Notes under the pieces: model-generated | Database searches by the model: none | The model's input: the letters and a program-made list of their open reading frames with translations, nothing else | What the model was told of the DNA's origin: nothing | Made by a program: the position numbers and the translations under genes | Shown here: positions 1 through 8,282 of the stretch, one piece after another | Position numbering within the stretch: position 1 is the stretch's first letter | Layout of the letters: the number at the start of each line of letters is the position of its first letter | Assembly (NCBI GenBank): GCA_049324495.1 | Contig: JBMOOP010000027.1 | Location: forward strand, 30,623 to 94,622 | Source of the DNA: Pseudomonadota bacterium | GTDB taxonomy: Bacteria > Pseudomonadota > Gammaproteobacteria > Pseudomonadales > JADFDG01 | Direction of reading: 5' to 3' | Length of the DNA stretch: 64,000 bases

Positions 1-123
1 CATGGCATCAGTCAGCCGGCAACCTTCGCGTGCTGGCAGCCAGTGCGACATTTCCGCATCGACACGTTGCTGGGCGCGGGTGAAAAGCGCAGAGATATCG
101 GGGTTTGATTCCGGTGCCGGCAT
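1..123 (-). CDS. ispA: farnesyl-diphosphate synthase IspA, N-terminal fragment (gene runs off the window)
   Basis: Minus-strand ATG at 123 lies just after the xseB stop (125-127). It reads MPAPESNPDISALFTRAQQRVDAEMSHWLPAREGCRLTDAM. xseB-ispA is the usual gammaproteobacterial order. The 41-aa fragment alone is weak evidence. Confidence 0.5.
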   Translation of the reverse strand, partial: MPAPESNPDISALFTRAQQRVDAEMSHWLPAREGCRLTDAM

Positions 124-124
124 A

Positions 125-382
125 TCAGGCCGGCTCGCCGCCGGGTTCATCCGTATCGTCTGCAAACGGCACCAACCGTTCTTCGCCGTTTTGTTGCAGC
201 AGAATTTGTACGCGCTGCTCGGCCTGTTTCAGTGCATCCTGACACTCGCGGGCGATACGCACACCTTTTTCGAACGCCGCGAGCGATTCCTCAAGCGAGA
301 GGTCGCCGTCTTCCATCTGCTCGACGAGTGACTCGAGCTCTTCAAGGGCTTCCTCGAAATTGACGGCTTTCTTGCGCGCCAT
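125..382 (-). CDS. xseB: exodeoxyribonuclease VII small subunit
   Basis: 85-aa [53 protein letters not shown] is the typical XseB helical hairpin sequence. Confidence 0.9.
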   Translation of the reverse strand: MARKKAVNFEEALEELESLVEQMEDGDLSLEESLAAFEKGVRIARECQDALKQAEQRVQILLQQNGEERLVPFADDTDEPGGEPA

Positions 383-443
383 GGCATGCGTCTCCGCGCG
401 GAAATGGATCAGGTGGCCACGTTAGTCGAGCGCTGGTGGCAGG

Positions 444-1505
444 TCAACGAAACAGGCGTGAGCCGAAATCCACCAGTTTGCGGCTCGATTCTGCCAGCAG
501 TTGCTTGCCGTTGGGTTCAGTGCAGTCCATGCCGTAGAGCTGGTCGATGCTGATTTCGCCGCTGCGGTTCGGATCGAGGTAGATCAGGCAGGCCGTTGCC
601 TGGTTCTTCTGGCGCAGCGCCTTGTTGTATGCCGTGTAGTCATCGATCAGTCTGGCGCGCAGCTTGAGACAGGCCAGCGGTGTGTCGCACAGGTGCCGCG
701 TTACCTTGCCCTGCAAAAAGGTCGGGTAATGCTTCACTTTCACCGTCAGTGGCTTGCCGATCTTGTAGGGCTTGTCGTCTGGCCCGCCCTTGCGCAGTTC
801 CTCAATCAGGATCGGTTTGCCTTCTTCCGGAATCTGCCCGATCACCGCCTGTGAGAAGTTGTAGATGTAGTAGGGCTGGTCCGGATCGACACGAGTTGCC
901 GGGGCCAGTGCCGTTACGTCCGGGCGATAACACTTGCCGCGGACCATGCGGGCGAAGAACAGATGGGTCTGTTCTTCCTCGATGACATTGAGTTGCGGCA
1001 GAGCCTGTTCGCCCTGGCGTTTGACAATGGCAAGGCCGGCCATCAGGTAATTCTGGCCACTGCCCTCGAAAGCCAGCGTGCATGCACGGGTGTCGAACGA
1101 CTGCTCGAAAAGCTGCGGTGAGTAGTTGAGGAATTTCGCGTAACGGTTCCGAAAGCGCTCCTCGTTGATGCGCAGCAGGCGCTTCGCCTCGCGCTTGCGC
1201 GCGAGCATCTGCTGGTACGGACTTTGTGCCGGATCGCCTTCGATCAGGGCCGCACCGATCTGGCGGGCAAGTTCGATGCGTTCGGGCTGAGCGCCAATGT
1301 CCGTGCAGATTTTGGTCTGTGCAGTGAGTGCCTGCTCGTCCGGCAGGCACTCGTTTTCATAGGTCTGGTTGACCAGGCAGACCTGCCGGATTTCTGCCAT
1401 TGACGATACGTCGGCATAGCACTCGTCAGGGGTTATGGCGGCAGATGCGGTGGCCATAAAGACCAGCCCTGCAGCGGCGACCAGGGCCGCGAGCGAACGG
1501 CGCAT
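444..1505 (-). CDS. secreted Cys-rich hypothetical protein
   Basis: 353-aa ORF with a Sec-type signal peptide (MRRSLAALVAAAGLVFMATASA), many Cys residues, and a GGAG RBS upstream of the ATG at 1505. I recognise no family. Confidence 0.7.
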   Translation of the reverse strand: MRRSLAALVAAAGLVFMATASAAITPDECYADVSSMAEIRQVCLVNQTYENECLPDEQALTAQTKICTDIGAQPERIELARQIGAALIEGDPAQSPYQQMLARKREAKRLLRINEERFRNRYAKFLNYSPQLFEQSFDTRACTLAFEGSGQNYLMAGLAIVKRQGEQALPQLNVIEEEQTHLFFARMVRGKCYRPDVTALAPATRVDPDQPYYIYNFSQAVIGQIPEEGKPILIEELRKGGPDDKPYKIGKPLTVKVKHYPTFLQGKVTRHLCDTPLACLKLRARLIDDYTAYNKALRQKNQATACLIYLDPNRSGEISIDQLYGMDCTEPNGKQLLAESSRKLVDFGSRLFR

Positions 1506-1599
1506 GAGGCAGCTCCGGTGTGTTTGTTGTTATGTCGACCGGAAGTATAGCGGCCCGGGTACGGGCGCGCGGGGCGGCGGTGGCAGCCCTTTCCCCGCT

Positions 1600-1865
1600 C
1601 CGCAGGCGTTAGGGATGGGGGCAAGCAGGCAAGGTGGTACGACAGTACCGTTTCGAAAGGTAATAACCGTTTCGAAAAGTAACAAGGCCACCCGAACGGC
1701 GACTATCGGTAGTGGGTAGGAGTAGACCCCCGTTCAGGAGGCCGACTATGATGGACTTCCTCACCGGGTGTGGCCAAAAGCCGTTTTCGGTTCCTAAGCT
1801 ACCCGCACATCGACTACGATCGGCCATGCCAGGTGAGGGTTTTCAAGCTTCCTTTCTATAAGCTC
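1600..1865. other. helix-rich intergenic element; candidate structured RNA or leader of unknown class
   Basis: Non-coding gap between 1505 and 1932. Nested complementary segments are present. CCTCACC 1759-1765 pairs with GGTGAGG 1832-1838. TGGCC 1771-1775 pairs with GGCCA 1822-1826. GGTAC-GACA-GTACC forms a hairpin at 1636-1649. CTACCC 1799-1804 pairs with GGGTAG 1714-1719. Strand and class are not determined. Confidence 0.25.
1647..1682. repeat. tandem direct repeat ACCGTTTCGAAA(G/A)GTAA x2, each centred on the palindrome TTTCGAAA
   Basis: Copies at 1647-1663 and 1666-1682 (19-nt period) differ at 1 of 17 positions. Read directly from the sequence. Confidence 0.8.
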
Positions 1866-1931
1866 CAGCACGACTTGCTGTGACCGCCGCTGCCGGTGTT
1901 GGCGCACCGTCGGCGGCGATTTCTTTGGCGG

Positions 1932-2420
1932 CTAGCCTGCCACCCGGTGTTCTTCCAGTTGCTTGCGTATCGTGTCCGGAATCGGGCGCGAACGGCGTGT
2001 CTGCGTATCGAAATTCACCAAGGTGGTGCGTGCCCTGCAGCGCGTTTCATTGTGCTGGTGAATCTCCTGCAGTACGACCAGCGACGAATTGCCGATCTTT
2101 TCCACGGCAACGCTGACCTCGACATCGGTACCAAAGCGCAGCTCGCCGAGAAAGTCGATCTCGGTGCGCACCACAACAAGGCTCGATGTCTGGAAGTCGA
2201 GATCGGGCACGAACAGTTTCAGCAACGGCTCGCGACCTTCAAGCAGCCAGACCGGCACAACGGTGTTGCTGATATGGCCGAGCGCATCGGTGTCGCAGAA
2301 GCGCGGGTGAATTCGCGTAGTAAACAAATCGGGACATTCCCTGCGAGCGGATGTAGTGCACGGAAGATTACGCGAAGCGGTGGCCGATGACAAACGACGA
2401 AAGACTGCGACAGATGACAT
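1932..2420 (-). CDS. acyl-CoA thioesterase, 4HBT/YbgC-like hotdog fold
   Basis: C-terminal 130 aa (RIHPRFCDTDALGHISNTVVPVWLLEGREPLL...) match the YbgC/4HBT pattern. The ATG at 2420 is given. A TTG at 2327 preceded by AGGGAA would give a more typical 131-aa protein. The 215-aa ORF start at 2579 is unlikely. Confidence 0.75.
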   Translation of the reverse strand: MSSVAVFRRLSSATASRNLPCTTSARRECPDLFTTRIHPRFCDTDALGHISNTVVPVWLLEGREPLLKLFVPDLDFQTSSLVVVRTEIDFLGELRFGTDVEVSVAVEKIGNSSLVVLQEIHQHNETRCRARTTLVNFDTQTRRSRPIPDTIRKQLEEHRVAG

Positions 2421-2517
2421 TGATCCCGTACCGTCTGTCGCGCACCGGATTTCGGTCTGCCATTGACGCTGGCATACACTCAGCGCCCTGCAATGCCACC
2501 TTGGGTTCGCGTTTGCC

Positions 2518-3486
2518 ATGAAACTCGTTCTTGCTCCGATGGAAGGGCTCACCGATGCACCGATGCGCGCGCTGCTCACTGCGTTGGGTGGCTACGACTG
2601 GTGCGTCTGCGAGTTCATTCGCATCAACGATGCCTTGCTGCCGGCGCGGGTGTTCCGCCGTTATGTGCCGGAATCCGCCAGTGGGTTCTGCACGCCGGCC
2701 GGCACGCCGGTGCATGTGCAGTTGCTCGGCAGTGACCCGGGTTGCCTTGCCGAGAACGCCGCACTCGTCGCGTCGATCGGCGCGCCGGCCATCGATCTGA
2801 ACTTCGGGTGTCCGGCGAAGACGGTGAATCGCCATCGTGGTGGTGCGGTGTTGCTCGATGAGCCTGAACGCGTGCATGCGATTGTCGCAGCGGTGCGGCG
2901 CGCAGTACCGCCGCATATCCCGGTTAGCGCGAAGATGCGGCTCGGTTATCGTGATCGCGAGCGGTTCCTCGACAACGGTCGTGCTCTGCTTGCGGCCGGC
3001 GCGACATGGCTCACCGTACATGCACGCACCAAAGACGATGGCTACCGGCCGCCGGCGCACTGGCACGAGATCGCGCGGCTGCGCGAGATCGCCGGCAGCA
3101 CCCCGGTGCTTGCCAACGGCGAGATATGGACGGTCGAAGATCATGCGCGCTGTCGCGCCGAGAGCGGCTGCAAGGATGTGATGCTCGGGCGCGGCGCCGT
3201 GGCCAGCCCGGGTCTTGCCAACGCCATTCGCGCTTTTGTTGCCGGCAGTGAGCCGTCGTTACCGGGCTGGGCAGCATTGTGCGAATGGCAGCGCCGGTTC
3301 GTGGCCGACGATTCATGCAGTGACGCCGTAGCAGCCGGCCGCTATAAACAGTGGCTGACTTTCATGACCCGGATTTATCCCGAAGCTGCGCTGCTGTTCC
3401 CGCAGGTGCGCACACTGCGTACATGCCGGGAGATCGATGCGGCGATTGTGGCTTCCGCCGTTACTGCCGGCTCCCCGGCAGTTTGA
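2518..3486 (+). CDS. dusC: tRNA-dihydrouridine(16) synthase DusC
   Basis: MKLVLAPMEGLTDAPMRALL...CVCEFIRINDALLP...DLNFGCPAKTVNRHRGGAVLL...VHARTK align by eye along the whole length with E. coli DusC. Confidence 0.88.
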   Translation: MKLVLAPMEGLTDAPMRALLTALGGYDWCVCEFIRINDALLPARVFRRYVPESASGFCTPAGTPVHVQLLGSDPGCLAENAALVASIGAPAIDLNFGCPAKTVNRHRGGAVLLDEPERVHAIVAAVRRAVPPHIPVSAKMRLGYRDRERFLDNGRALLAAGATWLTVHARTKDDGYRPPAHWHEIARLREIAGSTPVLANGEIWTVEDHARCRAESGCKDVMLGRGAVASPGLANAIRAFVAGSEPSLPGWAALCEWQRRFVADDSCSDAVAAGRYKQWLTFMTRIYPEAALLFPQVRTLRTCREIDAAIVASAVTAGSPAV

Positions 3487-3822
3487 TGGCGGCGAGTGTG
3501 TTGGCCAGGAAATTTGCCTATTGCAGCAGCAGCCTGCCTGTGTGAATATGCGGCCTCCCCGATAGCCAGCCAGTTCCGTCATGGAACCGTTCCCATTACG
3601 ACTTGCGAGTCAGGGAACCGCGCTGGCCTTCATCGATCTCTGACCTTCCTGCCTCTCTGCTGTTTCTGCCGAGAGTGGCGACCGACGGTTGGCATCGATG
3701 CAGTCGCCATCCGTTGCACGGTCGTCCGTGTCCATCGGGGTTTACGCGAGCATTCCGCGCCCAGGCCCCGTGCCTTACATGCGCCGGGGATGCCGCATCC
3801 CTTGATCCATCAGGAGTTTTAA

Positions 3823-5871
3823 ATGACGTCATCTTTCGTTGACCTTGGCATTGGCCAGGCGCTCGTCGATATTTTGAACCGCAACAACATTACCGAGCCA
3901 ACGCCTGTCCAGGCCGAAGCCATCCCCCAGGTTCTTGCTGGTCGCGATCTGATCGCCACCGCACCGACCGGCACCGGCAAGACCGGCGCTTTCCTCCTGC
4001 CTGCACTTGAGCGCATGGGTGCCGACCCGAAACCCGGTCGTGGCCCGCGCATGCTGGTGCTGTCGCCGACCCGCGAGCTCGCCCAGCAGATCGGCAAGGC
4101 GGCCAAGCAATTCGCCGAAGGTTTGCAGTACGGCAAGACGGTCACCATCACCGGCGGCGAGTCCTACCAGCAACAGAACAAGGTGCTCTCGCGCCCCTAC
4201 GAAATTCTCATCGCCACACCAGGCCGCCTGATCGACCAGCTCGGCAGTGACCGCATCGACCTGTCGCGCGTGGAAATCCTCGTGCTCGACGAAGCTGATC
4301 GCATGCTCGATATCGGCTTCACCGATGCCGTGCTGGAAATTGCCGGCAAGCTGCCGGAAATTCACCAGACGTTGTGCTTCACCGCGACTTTCTCGAAGGA
4401 AGTCATGCAACTGGCCAACCGGCTGCTGAAAAATCCGCACCGCATTGATATTGGCGGCGAAACCCACAGCCGCGCCAACATTACCCAGCGGCTTGTTTAT
4501 GTGGATCACCTTGGCCACAAGCACGACCTGCTGCAGCACTTTCTGGCTGGCGATCAGGTGACGGGGCAAGCCATTGTGTTCACGGCGACCAAGCGCGATG
4601 CCGACGAGCTGGCCAATTCGTTGTGCGATGCGGGCCATCCGGCGATCGCGCTGCACGGCGATTTGTCGCAGAAAGAACGCACGCGCTCGCTGAACAAGCT
4701 GCGAGCCGGCGAAAGCCGCGTGCTGGTGGCCACCGATGTTGCTGCCCGCGGCATTGACGTCATGGGCATCAGCCATGTATTCAACTTTGATTTGCCGAAA
4801 TTCGCCGAGGATTACGTGCACCGCATTGGCCGTACCGGCCGTGCCGGCAACACCGGCATTGCCGTGTCATTCGTCGGCCGCAACGATGTGCATGCGCTGC
4901 GGCGCATTGAGCGCTTCGTCGGTGCGACGATCGAGGAACAGAAAATCGAGGGTATGGAAGCGAATTTCCGCCCGGAACGTGGCGGCGGTCCGCGCGGCAG
5001 TGGCCCGCGCAGCGGCGGCCCGGGCGGTAGTCGTGGCGGTTACCAGGGCCGCAATGACAGCCGTGGTGACAGCCGCGGCCCGCGCCGCGATGCTCCCCGT
5101 GGAGAAGGTCGCGGCCCCCGCGCTGACGCTCGTGGCGATAGCCGCAGTCAGAACGGCGAGCGTCCGTACCAGCAAAAACCCGAGTGGAAGCCGGCCGGCG
5201 ACCGTCCTGCCCCGGCGCGCCATGATGCGCCGCGCGGCGAGAGCCGGTCGCCGCGTTTCAATGAAAATCGTAATGAAGACCGCCAACCGCGTTTCAATGA
5301 TGATCGGCAGCCGCGCTTTGCTGCAGAGCGGCAACCGCGCTTCAATGAAAACCGCAACCAAGACCGCCAACCGCGTTTCAATGATGATCGGCAACCGAAC
5401 TTCAATGACGATCGCCAGCCGAACTTCAACGACGACCGCCAGCCGCGTTCGAACGAGAATCGGCCGCCGCGGTTCAACGACGGCGCGCCGCGTGGCGATC
5501 GCAAGGGCAACGGTGGCGCGCGTGCCAATGGTCCGCGTCAGGATCGGGCCCAGGGTCCGCGTGGCCCGGCTCGCGGCCAGGGCCCGCGCGGCGGGCAAGG
5601 CGGTTTCGCCAAGCCGCAGCGCAGTGGCCCGGGTGGACGTCGCCCGAAACAGGTGGGCCTTTACATGCCCGAAACGCCGGTGGCGCGTCCGGATTGGCGC
5701 AACGAGCGCCTGAGCGATACGCCGCAACCGAAAAAGCCGACCATCGTGAAGGTTGAGCGCAAGGGCGAACATGCCCGTTCAGAGTCGCGCAACGAAGCAG
5801 GTGCCAGCAGCACCTGGACGTTTACCGGCAAGACGCTGCGCCTCAAGAAAGGTGAGGGCGGCAACGAGTAA
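3823..5871 (+). CDS. DEAD-box ATP-dependent RNA helicase (RhlE-like) with a roughly 300-aa low-complexity C-terminal tail
   Basis: Q-motif PTPVQ, Walker A APTGTGKTGAF, DEAD (VLDEADRM), SAT-like FTAT, HRIGRTGRAG. AGGAG RBS before the ATG. The tail is rich in RG/GPR and DRQPRFN repeats. Confidence 0.95.
   Translation: MTSSFVDLGIGQALVDILNRNNITEPTPVQAEAIPQVLAGRDLIATAPTGTGKTGAFLLPALERMGADPKPGRGPRMLVLSPTRELAQQIGKAAKQFAEGLQYGKTVTITGGESYQQQNKVLSRPYEILIATPGRLIDQLGSDRIDLSRVEILVLDEADRMLDIGFTDAVLEIAGKLPEIHQTLCFTATFSKEVMQLANRLLKNPHRIDIGGETHSRANITQRLVYVDHLGHKHDLLQHFLAGDQVTGQAIVFTATKRDADELANSLCDAGHPAIALHGDLSQKERTRSLNKLRAGESRVLVATDVAARGIDVMGISHVFNFDLPKFAEDYVHRIGRTGRAGNTGIAVSFVGRNDVHALRRIERFVGATIEEQKIEGMEANFRPERGGGPRGSGPRSGGPGGSRGGYQGRNDSRGDSRGPRRDAPRGEGRGPRADARGDSRSQNGERPYQQKPEWKPAGDRPAPARHDAPRGESRSPRFNENRNEDRQPRFNDDRQPRFAAERQPRFNENRNQDRQPRFNDDRQPNFNDDRQPNFNDDRQPRSNENRPPRFNDGAPRGDRKGNGGARANGPRQDRAQGPRGPARGQGPRGGQGGFAKPQRSGPGGRRPKQVGLYMPETPVARPDWRNERLSDTPQPKKPTIVKVERKGEHARSESRNEAGASSTWTFTGKTLRLKKGEGGNE
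5245..5484 (+). repeat. in-frame coding tandem repeats (24-nt DDRQPRFN units nested in an 84-nt duplication)
   Basis: TTCAATGAAAA...GACCGCCAACCGCGTTTCAATGATGATCGGCA recurs at 5257 and 5341. The protein reads RFNENRNEDRQPRFNDDRQPRFAAERQPRFNENRNQDRQPRFNDDRQPNFNDDRQPNFNDDRQPRSNENRPPRFNDG. Confidence 0.85.
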
Positions 5872-5888
5872 CCGGCAACGCGACATGG

Positions 5889-5916
5889 AAAAGGGCTGCT
5901 TCGGCAGCCCTTTTTC
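5889..5916. terminator. rho-independent terminator between convergent genes
   Basis: AAGGGCTGC-TTCG-GCAGCCCTT stem-loop at 5891-5912 followed by TTT. It lies 20 nt after the helicase stop and 16 nt before the stop of the convergent 5932-6471 gene. Confidence 0.7.
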
Positions 5917-5931
5917 GTTGCGGCATGCTGC

Positions 5932-6471
5932 TCAGGCCGGCGGCAGGTCACGTGCTTTCCACCGGCACTGCACCAGGCCGCTCGCGAAGCTGCGTGTATC
6001 GACGAGATCCCAGGTCGATACCGGTATGCCGGCCCCGAACAGGGGCCGGCCGCTGCCAAGCAGCACCGGAATCGTCGCAATCGTCATTTCGTCGATCAGG
6101 TTTTCCGCGAGACCGTGGCGTATGGCGTGGCCGCCGTCGAGATAAACGTGGCGTATACCATCGGCGTGCAATTGCCGGAACAGCGGCGCCAGCTTGCCGC
6201 CGTGCGCGTACTCACCGTGGCGCGCGTCGATCGCGTGGTGGGTCAGCACCACCACGCGCTTGGTCGGGAACGGCCACTGGCTGAATCCCAGCACGGTATC
6301 GTAGGTTTTTCGCCCCAGCACGACAGCGTCGACGCTGTCGGCGAATGCGTGAAAACCGTAGTCCTCGCCCGGGGTGCTAACACAGTCGAGGAAATCGATG
6401 CTGCCGTCTTCGCGGGCGATGAAACCGTCGATGGTGGCGGCGATGAACACGGAAACCTGTGGGCGGCTCAT
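5932..6471 (-). CDS. dihydrofolate reductase family protein (RibD C-terminal domain type)
   Basis: MSRPQVSVFIAATIDGFIAREDGSIDFL...VVLGRKTYD...YLDGG pattern typical of RibD_C/YwjB-like reductases. Confidence 0.75.
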   Translation of the reverse strand: MSRPQVSVFIAATIDGFIAREDGSIDFLDCVSTPGEDYGFHAFADSVDAVVLGRKTYDTVLGFSQWPFPTKRVVVLTHHAIDARHGEYAHGGKLAPLFRQLHADGIRHVYLDGGHAIRHGLAENLIDEMTIATIPVLLGSGRPLFGAGIPVSTWDLVDTRSFASGLVQCRWKARDLPPA

Positions 6472-6529
6472 GGCGCGTTTTTCCTCAAGTATTGCGGCAG
6501 GCCAGTGCGGCCGTTGGCGATGTAGCCGT

Positions 6530-7354
6530 TCATGGTTGCAGGCCGGTGAGTGGCAGTTCCTGAACGATAAGGTCGCCGCCCCAGAGCTGCGATATCACGT
6601 TCTGCGCCTGAGCACTTAAGCTGCTGCTGTAGAACGATTCAGTGCCGAGGCGGGCGCGGGTTGCCAACAGCTGCCTGTTTGCCAGTTGTCGTGTCAGCTC
6701 GCGCGCCACGGCTGCCGCCGGGTCAATAATGTTGACGTGCGGCCCGGCGATGGCGCGAATCAGCGGCTCGAGAAACGGATAGTGCGTGCAGCCCAGCACC
6801 AGGGTATCAACCCCCCTGTCCAGCAGCGGGGCAACGTAGCGACGCACGAGTTCCGCGGATTTTTCACCGGCGAGTTCCGCGCATTCGACCTGTTCGACGA
6901 GCCCCGGACAGGCCTGCAGGTGGATTTGCACCTTGTCGCCATAAAGTGCGCAGAGACGGGACACGCTTGGGCTCGCGAGCGTTTGGCGGGTGGCAAGCAC
7001 GCCGATGCTGCCGCTTTTTGTGCTGCCGGCTGCCGGTTTTATCGCCGGCTCGATGGCGACGATCGGTACCGGGCTCCAGGCGCGCAGTTTTTCCACGGCA
7101 ACCACGGTTGCCGTGTTACAGGCGATGGTGATTGCCTTGACGTTCGCCGCCAGCAGAAACTTCACCACCACGCTGGCACGGCCCTCGATGAATTCCGAGG
7201 GCTGATCGCCATAGGGCGCGTGGCCTGAATCGGCGACGTAGATGAGATCTTCGTGCGGCAGCGCGTGGCGGATTTCGCGCAGTACCGACAGCCCGCCAAC
7301 ACCGGAATCGAAAACACCGATTGGGTCGGCCGGCGAGGGGGTGGGTTCGTGCAC
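6530..7354 (-). CDS. murI: glutamate racemase
   Basis: IGVFDSGVGGLSVLREI...YVADSGHAPYG...IACNTA...GCTHYPFL motifs. GTG at 7354 with an AAGGAA RBS 7 nt upstream gives 274 aa. The longer ORF start at 7435 would overlap hicB. Confidence 0.88.
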   Translation of the reverse strand: MHEPTPSPADPIGVFDSGVGGLSVLREIRHALPHEDLIYVADSGHAPYGDQPSEFIEGRASVVVKFLLAANVKAITIACNTATVVAVEKLRAWSPVPIVAIEPAIKPAAGSTKSGSIGVLATRQTLASPSVSRLCALYGDKVQIHLQACPGLVEQVECAELAGEKSAELVRRYVAPLLDRGVDTLVLGCTHYPFLEPLIRAIAGPHVNIIDPAAAVARELTRQLANRQLLATRARLGTESFYSSSLSAQAQNVISQLWGGDLIVQELPLTGLQP

Positions 7355-7388
7355 GCGGGTTTCCTTCTTCGTCTGCGGATCGCACGCC

Positions 7389-7724
7389 TCAATGCGAAGC
7401 GATTGCCCGCTGAAGCGCATCCTGGGCCCACGCATTCAAACTCTTGCCTTCCGCCTCAGCAAGCATGGCCGCCTTTGCATGCAAGCCTGGGTCAATGCGC
7501 AACATCACCTTGCCGGAAGATGGGCGCTGCGGTGAGCGCTTCTGTTTCTTGCAGGCGGCCAAATAGTCATCAACGGCCTCCTCGAATGCCGACTTCAGTT
7601 CGGAAACCGACTCGCCGTGAAAACCTGCGACACCACGAATACCCGCAAGATGGCCAACAAAGCACCTATCTTCATCGCTGTACTCAATGCGCGCGGAATA
7701 TTTTTTGTAGTTCATTACGTTCAT
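7389..7724 (-). CDS. hicB: HicB-family antitoxin (N-terminal HicB fold plus C-terminal ribbon-helix-helix), with no hicA partner
   Basis: MNYKKYSARIEYSDEDRCFVGHLAGIRGVAGFHGESVSELKSAFEEAVDDYL...GKVMLRIDPGLHAKAAMLAEAEGKSLNAWAQDAL is the usual HicB plus RHH pattern. The 132 nt upstream (7725-7856) cannot hold a toxin gene. Confidence 0.8.
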   Translation of the reverse strand: MNVMNYKKYSARIEYSDEDRCFVGHLAGIRGVAGFHGESVSELKSAFEEAVDDYLAACKKQKRSPQRPSSGKVMLRIDPGLHAKAAMLAEAEGKSLNAWAQDALQRAIASH

Positions 7725-7763
7725 AGCATAGCAGGCATGGCGGATCGAGGCCGGAGGCTTACT

Positions 7764-7784
7764 TCATATATGGACTCCTCCCAC
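7764..7784. repeat. 21-bp perfect direct repeat, copy 1 (TCATATATGGACTCCTCCCAC)
   Basis: Identical 21-mer at 9173-9193. The flanks show no further similarity. Confidence 0.9.
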
Positions 7785-7856
7785 CGCACATTGCAGCGCT
7801 ACATGTGCCTATCGATGGTACGACTCAGCTTAAGGAGTGCGCGCGGACAAGGTGCG

Positions 7857-8282
7857 TCAGGACGCCTTCACCCGCTGTTGTCGTCCAAATGCAAGCGCAC
7901 CGTCGCCAGCCAGGAAATGCGCGACCGACGCGACTGCCAGAAAGGCGGGATATTCCCAGCCACCGCCTGGGCTGGTGTGTAACCAGCCGTTGGTCACATG
8001 CGTCGAGACGGCGACCAGCATGACGGGCAGTAAAGCCAGGGACGCCCAGCGTCCATGAAAGCCGATGAGAATGGCGACACCACCCAGCAACTCCAGAAGG
8101 AACACGGGCCAGGCCATAAAGCCCGGCAAGCCTTGGCTTTCAAGCCAGCCGGCAAAGCCGGGAATCGTGAACACTGAGTACTTGAGGATCGCGTGGGCAA
8201 TCCACATGCTGCCCAGCGCGACGCGCAGTAGCGTCGCGGCAAGGGCAGGGTTCATGTAGCGGTCGATGGCGAGGGCGTTCAT
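7857..8282 (-). CDS. DoxX family membrane protein
   Basis: MNALAIDRY...LLRVALGSMWIAHAILKY...LLELLGGVAILIGF with four hydrophobic helices. The start ATG overlaps the rhodanese stop (ATGA at 8279-8282). Confidence 0.85.
   Translation of the reverse strand: MNALAIDRYMNPALAATLLRVALGSMWIAHAILKYSVFTIPGFAGWLESQGLPGFMAWPVFLLELLGGVAILIGFHGRWASLALLPVMLVAVSTHVTNGWLHTSPGGGWEYPAFLAVASVAHFLAGDGALAFGRQQRVKAS

Noticed and set aside
1550-1600. CGUACCCGG-containing segment (minus strand) reminiscent of the guanidine-III riboswitch core.
   Set aside because: The remaining conserved positions (ACGAGG and GGACAAGACGG) are missing, and the downstream gene is not a guanidine transporter or carboxylase.
1745-1775. 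GAGGAAGTCC on the minus strand resembles the RNase P RNA P4 motif GAGGAAAGUCCGG.
   Set aside because: The rest of the RNase P core (a complementary ACAGAACCCGGCUUA-type P4 strand and a length of about 350-400 nt) is absent. The region is too short.
1435-1827. ORFs 1435-1719 (+) and 1609-1827 (-) inside the long intergenic gap.
   Set aside because: Neither has an RBS. Both have implausible compositions, overlap each other and the helix-rich element, and show no family resemblance.
5245-5484. Regularly spaced short repeats that could be mistaken for a CRISPR array.
   Set aside because: The repeats are in frame inside the helicase ORF and have a 24-nt period with no unique spacers. They translate to DRQPRFN units, so this is a coding tandem repeat.
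7725-7860. Search for a hicA toxin gene upstream of hicB, and in 9194-9345 beyond the second repeat copy.
   Set aside because: Only a 2-codon ORF (ATG AAG TAA) lies upstream of hicB, and a 37-codon ORF with no HicA-like sequence lies beyond the second repeat. No toxin candidate is supported.
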